Part shown: piece after piece, positions 18,244 to 30,200 of the stretch
How the letters are laid out: the number at the start of each line of letters is the position of its first letter
Numbering within the stretch: the stretch's first letter is position 1
Assembly: GCA_902763655.1 (NCBI GenBank)
Contig: CACWSW010000001.1
Location: forward strand, 5,172-69,171
Source of the DNA: an uncultured bacterium
GTDB taxonomy: Bacteria; Verrucomicrobiota; Kiritimatiellia; RFP12; UBA1067
Direction: 5' to 3'
Length of the DNA: 64,000 nt
Position numbers and translations under genes: made by a program
The notes under the pieces: generated by a model
Told to the model about the DNA's origin: nothing
The model's input: the letters and a program-made list of their open reading frames with translations, nothing else
Databases searched by the model: none

Positions 18244-21200
18244 CGCGGTAGCGGTATATCTTCCGCAAGTCGCGCACGACCGAATTGCTGTCGCTCATCC
18301 AGCGACCGGCGGCGTCGAGCATGTTGTCCCAGGTGTCGCCGTCTGAGTCGAATATCGCCTCTAGCAGCTTCGCGCCGTCGTTCACTTGGTTCTTCAGCCA
18401 CGATTCCATCGGCAGCATCGAGGAGCCGCCCTTGATCGAGTAGCCCTTGATGGCACGTTCGAGCGTGTACTTGCAGCAGAAACCGGCGACGAAGAGCGAT
18501 CCGTACGGTCCCAGGAGACACGTGATTATCCAGTCATTCAGCTCGTCTTCCGGCGGTTCCTGTCCGAGACACGCTTTGTACAGTTCCCCCATCCAGAAAT
18601 AAGCTGACGAGAGGATGAAGTGATTAAGGAGGATTGCGCGTCCCAGGCTGCCCCAGCGCTTCACCGAGTCCGGACGCGCGATCACCTCGCGGATCGCTCG
18701 CACTTCGTACTGTAGGTACTGCTGTTGCGTGGAGAGGAACTGGAACATGATGCGCCCGAGCTTGTTGCGCCGCTGGATCGAGGTCTGGTTTTCCATGCGG
18801 CCAGACTGCTGCGTCCGTTCGATGATGCTCCACGTCTCGGCCATGGCGTCGTCCTCGGACATGCCGCGATCCAAGCAGTCGCGGTAGATGCCCTGCCCGA
18901 CGACGAGAGCCGGCACGACGTCGCCCAACTTGGTCGTGATCATCGACTTCTGGAGCATACGCTTCAGCCAGCCCGCGTTCTGCTGGCTGAGCGCGTTGCG
19001 GACGGCCTCGGAGGATCCCAGGTTCCAGCGTGTGCGCCTCTGCTCGGAATCCCATATCTTGCCCATCGCGGCCATACCCTCCGGCGTGAATGCGCTCACC
19101 ATGTACTTTGCCGTGTTGACAAGCCCGATCTCGAAGCCGAACGCCGGGATCGAGGTCGTCTGCTTGGCCATGACGCCGATGTTTCCGCCGAGCGCGCACA
19201 GCGCAGTCCAGCCGCGTATCTGGTCGGAGAAATACTGGACGCCCGCCGTGGATCTGTCGTACGCGCCGTGTCCGGCCAGAATGTCCGTGATAAAGCCCTG
19301 CATGAGGTCGTCCACGGACGCGCCGTGGTTCGCCCTGACGGTCTCGCGGAGTTCGGACCGGCCGAAGATGCCGCGCATTTCCAGTCCCAGCTGCGCGTGG
19401 TGCTTCCACTGCGCGGCCTCTTCCATGCGGGACGCCCACATCGAGAAGATGTCGGCCGACGTGTCGAAGTCGCGCTCGTTCCGGACGCGCGGCGTGAGCG
19501 CCTTTGGGAATATCGTCCAGCCGACACCCTGTCCTTTCTCGAGTCCCTGCGTCTCGAGCATCATCTTGACCGGGAAGTAGTTCGGCAGCTCCGCGTACAC
19601 GCCGATCCCGAAGAGCGAATGGCATACGCCGGAGAGGTCGGAGCGGTTGTTCTCGTACCACTGGCCAAGCCATTTCAGCATGTTCATGTCAGCCGGATCG
19701 AGGAGACGCATTATCTCGGCCGCCTGTCCCTCGCGGTGGTGCTTCACGATGTTGTCGTGGTAGCCACCCTCCCAGACGGTCTTCGTCTGGCCGGGATTCT
19801 CCTCGTCCTCGACCTGAACTTTGCGGCCCTCCTGGAGGAGCGAGACGAGCAGCTGGAGCGCGCGGCCCTTGGTGGGCGTGACGCGCTTTCCGCCGACGAC
19901 GCCCATGTACTGCGTGAAGCGCTCGTCCGGAGCCATCATGTCCTTCATGACGGCGTTGAAGCTCTTGCCGTAGATTCCCTCGACCGCGGAGTGAAAGGCG
20001 TCGTTGTGGCGGCGCTTTTCGGCTTCTGACCTGTCGCCGGCCTTCTGCACCTCGCGGGCGATGTAGTCCACGATGTCCTTCACGGCTGCGGCGTCAGCGT
20101 CGGACGCGTGGCGCATGCAGTCCTGCAAAAGCGATATGAAGCCCATGTGGCCGGTGATGAAGCGGTTCAAGGCGTCCGCCTTGCCGCCCTCGCGGATGGT
20201 CGTGCGCTTCGGATCGGCGAACGCGACGGCCAGCAGGTGCGCGGCCTTCTTCGTGCGGATGTCGCGATCTGACATTTCGCGCACGATGTCGTCCGACTCG
20301 CCGCGCGCGAAGTCCTGCCACCATTGGACGGCGGCCTCTATCTCGCCGACGGGCTTGTAGCGGAGCGCGCCGAACTCCCGCAGGACATTCAGCTTGCGGA
20401 TCGTCTCGACGAACTCGCGGCTCTGGTCGCGGTCGCGCCCGGCGTCCGCGAAATCGACGGAGAGCGCGTCAAGCGTCTCTTGGAGCTGTCGGGCTTCTTC
20501 CGCCGCCGCGTCCGGAGTAAGCCACATCGCGTGGCGCATGTAGCGCGCGCGGAGTTCCGCTTCGGCCGAAACCTTGCGCTTGCCCTCTTCCTTGTCGGGC
20601 TTGAACCGTCCCTGCGCACTAAAGCTCTCCCGCAGGAACAGGTCGAGCTTTTCGCACATCTGCTTCTGCGTGTCGCGGATGCGCTGCGCGTTTATGAGCG
20701 CGCCCAGGAACTCCATCTCGGAGATTAGCCCCTGCACGGTCGGCACAGAGTCGAGCTTTGCAATGCCACGCATGGCCGTCTCGCGGCTGCGGGAGTATGT
20801 GAGGTCGCGGCAAAGCTTCGCGTAGACGCTCTGCGCCGTCTTGCGCAGGAACTGCACGGCCACGAGGTCGCGCCACACGTCGGCGTCCTTCGCAAGTCCG
20901 TGTTCCTTGATCCACTGCCGGCGGGCCAGCTCGGCGACAAAGCGCGCAAGGTGGCGCGGGTTCTCCAGGTTGAGCGCGGATTTCTTCACGGCCTCGGCCA
21001 GCGCGTCGCCCTCGGTGCCTTCGCCGGAGGAATCGCCTTCGGCCTCGAGAGCTTCCTCGCCCTCGCCCATGGCGGCCTCGTTCTCGGCGTCGCGCCCGGC
21101 GGCCGCCTTGCGGTTCTTGCGGTTCTGCTCGTCCACGCCTGTCTGTCGTCCGGACGCGGACACGATGTCGTCCACGACGGCCTTCACCTTGGCGTCGATC

Positions 21201-24200
21201 TCGACGGCCGCCTCTTCCGATTCCTCGGCGGACGCCGCACCTTCCTCGTCGGCCGTTCCCTCTCCCTCGCCGGACGTGCCCTGCGGCGCGTCCTTCTCCG
21301 TGAGAGGGTTGTCCGCAAGGTGCATGATCGTCTCGGAGAGGTTGATGCCGTAGGCGTTCTCGATCGCGCCGGAGTCCAGGCCGGTCTGGACGCGCACGGC
21401 GTCCTCCACGATCTGCGCCTGACGCTCCTCGAGCGCCGTGTTCGCCCTCGCCCCGAACGCGCCCAGGCGTGCGCCCTCGCGGGCTTCCTGACGCATCTCG
21501 CGCCCGAACTGCTCGCGCATCGTGTCGGGCAGGTGCTCGAGGACGAGGGAATCGCTCACGCCGCGCCCGATGTCGTCGCGGATGCGCCTTGCGAGCTTCT
21601 GCGCGCCGGACATGACGCGCTGCGACTCTACGCCGATCTTCGTTGTGTCCCATTCGGGATGCAGCCGGCGCATCATCTTCTGCACCGTTGTCACCTTGAC
21701 GGACCTGTCGGACACCTTGTCCGACTTCCCGAGCGCGATCCTGGCGGCGACGGCGGCGGAAAGCAGTTCCTCGTCGCTCATGCCGCGAAGCTGCGGATAG
21801 ACGAGGCCGGAGCGCGGCGCCTCCGTGGAGAAAAGAGTGCCCTGCGTAGCAGGCCAGCTCTTACCCTCTAGAAGCCCAGGCCGCCCCAGTCGTCCCGCAG
21901 CTCCTGTTCCGTCGGACGCTTCGACCAATCTATCCTCTCCACCGGGTGCCCTGCGGACTTCTCCGTAGGCGGGATCGAGGTAGTTGCCGTCTTCCCAGAT
22001 CGGCTTTTGTCCGATGGTGACGTCGTTTGAGAACTGGTCATAGTAGTCAGCCTCCTTCTTCACTAGATTATATGCGCGCGTAGGATTGTCCTGACACGCA
22101 CGTATCACGACAGGGTTGATCCAGCGGCCTGTGGCGAGCGTCCGCAGGAGCGCGCGTCCGAACGCATGGAGTATCGGGACGCGGTTGTTGTGCAGGTACA
22201 CCGTGTACCCTGCGGCATGCCAGTCCGCGATCTTCTTGCGTAGTCCCTCCGCGTCGTCCCCCAGGACGGGCAGCACGACGTTCTCGCCGCGCCGCGGATC
22301 GCCCTCTGCGCGGTTCTGGATGTCGCGGATCATCTGCTTGTTCAACATCGAGCTTTCGGCGTGGACATAGTTCGCGCCGTTACCGTCGTTGAATCCCGGC
22401 AGCTCCTTCTTGCAGGCGTCGCAGTCTAGGACGCGCGAGCGGTACCACACCGAGAGCGCGTTCGCGAACACCGACGACTTGCCCGCAGCCGGCGGCCCGA
22501 CGATGATGTCGATGCGGAAATCCCTCTGCGTCTCGTAGGACGGGTTCTGGAGCGGGATAGGTGGCAAGTCCGGACGGCCCTCGTTCGCCGCGACTATCAA
22601 CGCCTCCTCCTTTGCCGTGCCGTCCTTGCGCGTTTCCAGCGCCTCGTTGTTTTTGCCGGTGATCGAGTCCGCCATCAGCAAGTCGTATATTTTCCGGTGG
22701 ACGGCAAGGCGTTCCGGCGTCGGGTGAGGCTTGCCGTCCTCGCCGGTCACAAAAGCCGTCGGATCGTCCAGTGCCGAATCCTTGCGGAAGTTCGGAAGGA
22801 CGCCGTTCAGTATCTCGTCGGTCGCCTCGGCGGACGTTATGAGCCGATCAAGCAGCGCTGCGGTTTCTTCCGCAGACAAGTCTCCGGCGTTCAACGCCTC
22901 GTCGATTATTGCATTCAGCTCGCGCCCGATCGGACGCTGGAACTGCTTGGCCCTCGCCCATCGAGTTCCCGTTTCCGTGGACGTGCCGTCGGGCTTCAGG
23001 TAGTCCTTCAGCCCAGGCAGCAGGTCGGTGGCACCGCTTACACCGCTGCGCTCGAGTAGTCCTCTCCGAACATTTCGCAGTAGTGCTTCATCGTTGCGAC
23101 GGAGTCTTGCCGCAGCGAGACGATCTCGGAGGGTGTCAGCTCGTAGCTTGCGGAGTTCGCGGGCTTGCGACTGGGTAAGCTCGGCGACGCCGTTTGCGAT
23201 TCCTGCTTCTTTGAGTTCTTCATCGAGGTTGTTCCCGAATTTAGCATACAACGCCTGCATGGCATCGCTGCTGATTGCTATGGTATCAGAAAACTGGCTG
23301 GCCGTCAACGTGGAAATTGCGACAATTTTTCCGCCGCGCGACTGTATGTACTTGCGCAGTTCGTTCAACGTGCCGCCCTGCGTCACGTGGTCGTCCACGA
23401 GAATGTATTCGGCGCCGCGCTGGACGGGGCCAGAGAACGTAGCCACGCGCATCATGCGCTCTACGGCGTTCGCGCCGGTGTGGTTCGCCCGCACCGTCTG
23501 CACGATCCCGTCTGCGAAGCGAAGCCCTGTGATCCTGTGGATCATGAATGCGTACGCGGCGGGAATCTTGTTGCGTCCCGTTGCCTCTTCGGCGTGGACG
23601 TAGGCGACGATCGCGCGCGGATGCTCTGCGGCGAGCGCGCGAAGCTTCTCCCATTTCGGATTTTTCTTCTTCCCGTCCGTCGCCTCTCCCAGGATGTTCC
23701 GGACAAGCTCGAGCGCGGCACCTTCGCTTCCGGCCTTGGCCCGCGTGTGCAGGTCGAGCCACTTCTGCTTGACGCTGGCGAGCGTGGTCTGGATCATCAC
23801 CTTCGGGAAGTTCGCCGGCCACGGCTGGACGGCGCCCTCGACGGGAATGCCCTGCATGATCTCGCGCTTGCGCATCGCGTCGGTTAGTTCCCTCGAGACG
23901 GAGTAGCGCGCTTCTCCAAGATCGACGCGGCTGGTTCGGCTGTCTGTGAGACGGTTGACCTTCTTGTTGTCAACGATGAGGGGATCGTAACTCCTGACGC
24001 TACCCCATTTCCCCGACGCATCCTGCCAGAGAACGTCCGTCACGTTTCCGTTCTCTATTTGGCGGTATATCGCTTGCTGCGCGGCCATGCCGTAGTCGTC
24101 CATCGACTGGTCGCCGACTACGAACAGGAACGCTCCGCCTGTTGCGCCGCGATAGTCGGCCAGGATGTCCGTGATCCTCTTGTCGTCGGCACCGTCGAAC

Positions 24201-27200
24201 GTTTCCGTCGGGACGTTGGCGACCGACGTTACGAAATTCGCCTTGCTGTCAACGGTTATGAACGTCAGCATCTTGCCGCGTTCGGATGCCATGCGCTGGA
24301 GTCGGGCGTAGAACACGGCGATGTTGTCGAGGCCGAACTTCTCCCCGCTCTCTCTCAACGAGTCATGGAACGCGGCATTGTCCTTTGTTGGCTTCTCGAA
24401 CGGATTGCCATGGAAGGACGCCTCCAAATCCGCTGCGCTCATGCGGCGGATGTTGTAGTCGCCCCATTGGTTCATTTCGGCGTATTGGTCATGGTCGATG
24501 ATGACATGCCCGTCGAGAAAGACGCCCTGCCGGTCGAAGTACGTGCGAAGCTCTCCCGTCACGTTTATGTCCGCCCGCGAAGGGAACACATTCCCGGACG
24601 GGTGGTTGTGGAGAAGCCACACGCCGTCCGGCTTCACCTTGGCGATCATGCGCTCGATCTCGGCGTAGGTGTTCTCGCGCGGCGTGTGCACCGTCGTCGC
24701 GGACGCGCCAGGAAGCCGCGCCGTCACGCCGGTCTGCCAGACAACCTCGCCGTTCCTGGTGAAGATGTAGCGGAAAGTCTCGAAGCACGGGTTCCTGTAC
24801 ACCTGCGCGAGCGCGGCCAGGTCTTTTGCCGTCCTTATGGTCTTTCCTATGAGCGTCGTCCGCGCCTCGCCGTGGAAGTCGCGGTTTATCGAGTTTCCCA
24901 GCTCCGTTCCGCCGATCTGGTCGAGGACGCGCTGCGCCTCGGTCTGCGCGGCGCGGAGGTTCGTCTTCTCGGTCTCGGAAAGCCCCTCGGTCGAGACGGA
25001 GTAGCGCACGTCGGGGTTGCCGGAAAATTCGCCGTTGTTGTCGGTGGCTGACTTTACCTGCGCGCCGCCGTCAAGCGGCACGTAGCTGACGCCTCGCAAA
25101 GTATAGCCCTGCTCGTTTTCCGCTGGGTCGCCGCCCTCGTCGTAGACGATGCCGTCGTACTTGTCGCCGAAATTGTCCTTCAGGAACTCTCCGTCCACGA
25201 CCGACGCCTCTCCCCAATCAAGCGCGCCAGATTTGCCGGTCTGGAATTCGTGGTCGGGATAGGCCTTCTTCAGGTCTGCGAGGCATTTCGGATCGCGGAT
25301 GTCGAACGGACGGCGAATGTCCAGATAGTATGCGCGGACATTGCCATATCTCTTGGCATACTCCTGATCGCCAGTGAAGTACGCCTCGGGCATCACGACG
25401 CCCTTGCCGGTTTCCTGTGCCAGAGGATCGAACGCTGCGCCCCGGTAGACGACAAGCGGCTCTCCGTTGGCGTCTACTATTTTTGAACAATCTTCATTGC
25501 CCGGATTGACGCCCGAAAGGAAATATGATATCTTACGGTCCGCATGAGGCTTACGGCCCGTGCTTCCAGCGCCAAGGCTACCGGTCTGACTTCCGGCAAG
25601 ATTGGCGCTTGCATTATATACGAAGACGTCCGACACTTCGGCAGCATGCACCAGATTCTTGTCCGCCACCGTAGAGGTTTTGCTCTCCCGCACGGTGAAG
25701 TGTACGAAAAACTCTCCTTCGGCGCTCTTGAACTTGTTGACGTAATGGTGATAGTTCTCGATGTTAGAGGTGTGGTCCTTGTGTCCTTCGACCGGGTTTT
25801 CCTTTTCGCTCCAGCATCTGATCGCGCTCTCGAAGAGTTTCTTGTATGCAGCGACATACTTGCGCTGATAGACCATCTTTCCCGCCGTGTTCCCCGGGAA
25901 ACGCACCTTGCGCCCGTCACGGCCGTTGGTGACAATGCCGAAGTCCACAAACGCCTCGGCTATTGCGTCCTTGTTCGCCAAGGGCTGTACGCTTGAAATG
26001 TCTACCGTGGCGATTCCATCCAATATGCCTGACGCTTCTATGTCGAACCAGCGTTTCGTTATCTCAGCCTTCTCCCAGTCGCCGAACCACTTCTTAAACG
26101 TGGGCGTCCTGACCATCACCCACTGGCTTTCGTTGAGCCGCGTAGGTTTCCCGTTCGGAGCCTTCATCCAGCCGCGCTTCTTCGTGCCGTCCTCGTTTGT
26201 GTAGCGGGCGACAACTTCGTCATATTCGAGTTGCGCCTGCGGCGACAGGCTGAACCGCGCGCCGCCCTCGCCGGCGGCCCTCTGCGCGGCCATGACCTCG
26301 GCGCGGGTGGCTGGCGTCCCGCCGAACATGTCCTCCGTCTCGGTGTTGACTGCGCGGGCGTTCTTGATGTAGTCCGCCAGGTAGCCGGAAATGAGGTCGA
26401 TGACACGCTTCTTCCCCGCCTCGCTCTCCACGTCCTCGCGGTCGAACGAGCGCAGCTGTTCGGATTTTGCGAACAGGTCGCCCAGGATTCGCGCCTCGTC
26501 CGACGGCGCGCGAAACATGTCGCCCTGCGACATGAACGCCTCCCATGAGAGGCCTCGCTTGCGCGTCCCGTCCTTGGCCGTCTCGCGCCAGTCGTGGCGC
26601 GTCTTGCCTTTCTCGGTTCTGGCCGTCTCGTCCTTGTCGCGCCATTCCGTGAAGAGCTGCAAGGCCTCCGCGAGCGGAGCGCGCAGGTCGTAGGCTGGCT
26701 TCGCGTCCGCGAGCGCCATCAGCTCAGGCGTCATCTTCATCAGCGCGCGCAGCTCGCTCTGCATGTCGAGACGTCCGGCGTTCGACATGATCTTGTTCAA
26801 GAGCGCGTTGTTCCCCTCGCCGCCCAGCAGCACGGCGAGCGCGGCGTTCTGGATGCGCGTCTGCCCCTCTTCGGTGAGCGATCCGTCTTCCGCGACCATG
26901 CCCTGCGCGCCGGTCTCCTGGCGGAACTTCCCGATGGCGTCGCCGCTCTTCGTCTCGTCGATCCGTCCGTCGGCCCGGAACTCCATGCGCGGCAGGAGGT
27001 TGTTGTCGATCAGGATCTTCGCGTCGTTCGACGCCTGTTCGCGGACGTTGAAGCCCCGGTTCTGCGACTCGTTCGCGAGCCGCACGACCTCGTGGACGTC
27101 CGCCTTTCCGTCCGGAGACTCGATGCGCTCGAGCACGAACACCAGAAGCGGCTTCTTCACGTCGTCGCCGATCTCGATGCCGCGCCTGGCTGCATCCTCG

Positions 27201-30200
27201 CGCACGAACTTCTCGAGCTCGCCCGCTGTCCCTTTCGCATACGCGAGCCTGGCACCGTTCACGCGGTGGTTACCGATGATGACGTTTGAGTTATTCAAAA
27301 GCCACACAATCCCGTTATTTGCTATCGGCTGCACGGTCCCGATCTGGAGCGGATCGGGATTCGCGCCGATCTTCTCGACGAGCGCGCGGCTTTCCTCGCT
27401 CTTGTCGTCGCGGTTCTGGTTGCCTCGGTCGTGGTAGTCGGCGTCGGTCGAAGTGATTACGCCCGTCTCAACGTCGCGCACTTCCAGCCGTCCGACGAGC
27501 TTCACTGGGCTGTTCGGAAGTCCGACCTTGTAGTACCGCTGGTTCGGCGTGGCGGCGTCCGCAGGGTGTTCTGCGGTGGCGGCCTGTACGGGCGCCGCTG
27601 TCGGCGCGGGAGTGACGGTAGGAGCAGGACTCGCAGGAGCTGGGGACGGCTCTTCCTCTTTGATTTCGGCCTGTGCCTCGGCCTCCGCCTCCGCGCGGTC
27701 GGCGTCCGTCACTTCAACCGGCATTGAGGATTTCGGCGTGGCCGTGGGTTCCGCCGTCTGCTGCGGCACTTTGCGAAGCTCCACGCCCAGGGTTCCGCTT
27801 CCAAGTTCGCCGCGCAGGATTCTGTCGTAGAGTCCTTTCAGCTGGTACGGCTTGCCGGTCTTGGGATCCGTCACCTCGTCGGAAGGGCCGAACTGACCGA
27901 AGAATTTGATGATCTTCCCAGCCCAGGAGTCGAGCATCTTGTCGAAGCGGGAGGAAACGGCGTGGGAAACGTAGTGGCCGCTCGCGTAGCGTTCCATTTC
28001 GTGCGCCATGCGCTCGTCGAGCTTGCGTTCCCAGTTGTCCGCCGTCACGTCGATGCCGAGCGTCTTTGCGAGCTGCTGCACGTCCGCGTCGGCCAGAGTC
28101 CCCCGGACGAACTGCCAGAGCGAGTGGAAGGTTTCATGGCGCACGGTCGCCTGTGTCGCCGCCGGGCCGTAGCCGATGTCGGCGATGTGACCGTTGGCAA
28201 GGCGTATCACGCTGTCGGCGTTCACGCGCACCTTTTGCCCCTTGGAATCGGTCAGCTCGAACACGCCGCTTCCCATTCTCGCGGCGTTGGACGCGAAAAG
28301 CGCCTCCTGATACCGCTGGGCGTCGGAGAGCATTTCCCACCTTATGCCGTCGCCCAGCTCCTCGTGCCGCTCGTTGAAAGAGTCGCCGAACGCGCTGCCG
28401 ATCTTGGCGTTCTCGTCCGCCTCTGCACGCAGCTCGTCCGAGAAGTCGCCCACGCGGTAGGCGATCGTCTTCTCCGTGCCATCGTCCATCCTGACGCGAC
28501 CGGAGTAGATGCCGTTTTCCGGATCGGACGCGAAGCTGCCATCGACATAGCCGGGAAGGACGGTCTTGATCGTCGCCTCGTCGATGTCCGCGAGCGACAT
28601 GTTCAAGGACGTCCACGCCCGCGCCTGCGGAGAGAACGCCGTCGCCTCGGCCTCGGTCTGGAGGTACTGCGCCATCACTTCGGCCGTCTTCACGTCCACG
28701 CCGGCGGCGTCCGCGATCTCCTGAACGGCGTCGCCGGTCTGCGGATCGCGCCAGGCGCGCCGTGCCGCCGTGATCGCCTCCTCGAAGCGGTGCGGGTTCT
28801 CGGCCTCGTCGCCGTCCTCCTCGCCCTGCCAGTGCTTCTCGACGGCGGCGCGGACGTTCACGGCCTGCTGGATCACGTCAACGAGTCCGGCGTCGTAGTC
28901 GAATGCCTTGGAAGGGTCTTCGCCTCTCTGGTCGAGGCTGAGCATCGTGTCCTCGGCTGTTGCACCGGCGCGACGGTTCGCGTGGCGCGTCATGGCGTTG
29001 TGGATGTGCTGCCGCCGCGTCATGTTGCCGATGGTCGTCACGCCGAATCCGAGCGACGACGGCACCATGTCGGCAGCCGTGTCGATGAAAGTTGCGTAGT
29101 CGTTCGGAAGGGTGGCGGCGAAGCTGTCCCAGAGCGCCTTGGCCTCGTTCGCCAGCGTGGCGTTGCCGTCCTTGCGGAGTTCCTGGCAGAGCTTGTCGAA
29201 CGCCTTGCCGTGTTCGATCGCCATCTGCTGGAGAGGTTCTTCGACAGCGCCCTCGGTGAGCGTGACCTTCACGCCCTCGGTGAAGCCTTTCGAGACGCGG
29301 TTCGCGAGCCACTTCCTGAAGCCCGCCGCGCCGTCCGTCTTGATCGCCTGTGCCATCGCCGCGAACGTGAGCGACTTGATCTGCGCGGGCGCAAGCGACG
29401 ATTCGAGTCCGGGCACGTAGAGCTGTTCGATCTTGGCGTTTATGAGTCCGATCGCCGCAGCGGTCAAGATGGATTCCTCACGGCTGATGCCCGCCGCGTC
29501 CGCATTGGCGATGTACTCCGACGCGAACGCGCTGAACGCCGACGCTTCGCCGGCGGCCCACATTCCGGCGCCCGCCGCGTCCTTCCACTTCGCCGCCTTG
29601 ACGACGTTCGGGATCTCGCGGAGCGCCGCCGTGTACTGATCGACCGCCGCAAGCTGCCGCCTCATGGCGATGGCGGATGCAAACTCGCTGACCTTCTTCG
29701 CGCCCTTGCCCGCCTTGACCGCTCCCTCCACGTCCGCGAGCCAGCGCGTACGGGATGCCTCGGCGGCCGCCTTCGCGAGCGTAAGCCCGCCCTCGGCGAC
29801 TTCCTTCTGCAACTTGGCTCGGACGATCGTGGCCTGTGCGCCCTTGGCCAGCTTGCCGCCCTTGCCGATCATCGAGTAGGGAATGAACCAGTGCATGTTC
29901 TCCGCGAGTCCCTGGAACGCTTCGCCAAAAAGCGAGTCGGCTTCAGGAAGGTTCTGCTTCATCGCCTGTTCGGCGCGCGCGATCGCGTCCCATCCCTTGA
30001 AGAACGCCTTGCGCTCGTCCTCGTCCATCGCGCACTTCGCGTATGTCCACATGGCCGCGTCTCTGGCCATTTCGCCAGTGTCCGTGACGAGTCCGACGAC
30101 AGACTGCTGGAAGCCGTAAAGCCCCAGCTGGAAGCGGTTCATCCAAGTGTCGTCCGTGAAGTCCGTCTGGATTCCGAGGATGCGTCCCTTCTTCTGGTCG

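Noticed and set aside
20619-21653. Many long Arg/Gly/Ala-rich ORFs in alternative frames (e.g. 20619-21653, 10532-11623, 45612-47012, 1746-2264)
   Set aside because: These are typical spurious open frames of high-GC DNA. All overlap better-supported genes in another frame and have extreme Arg/Pro/Gly composition.
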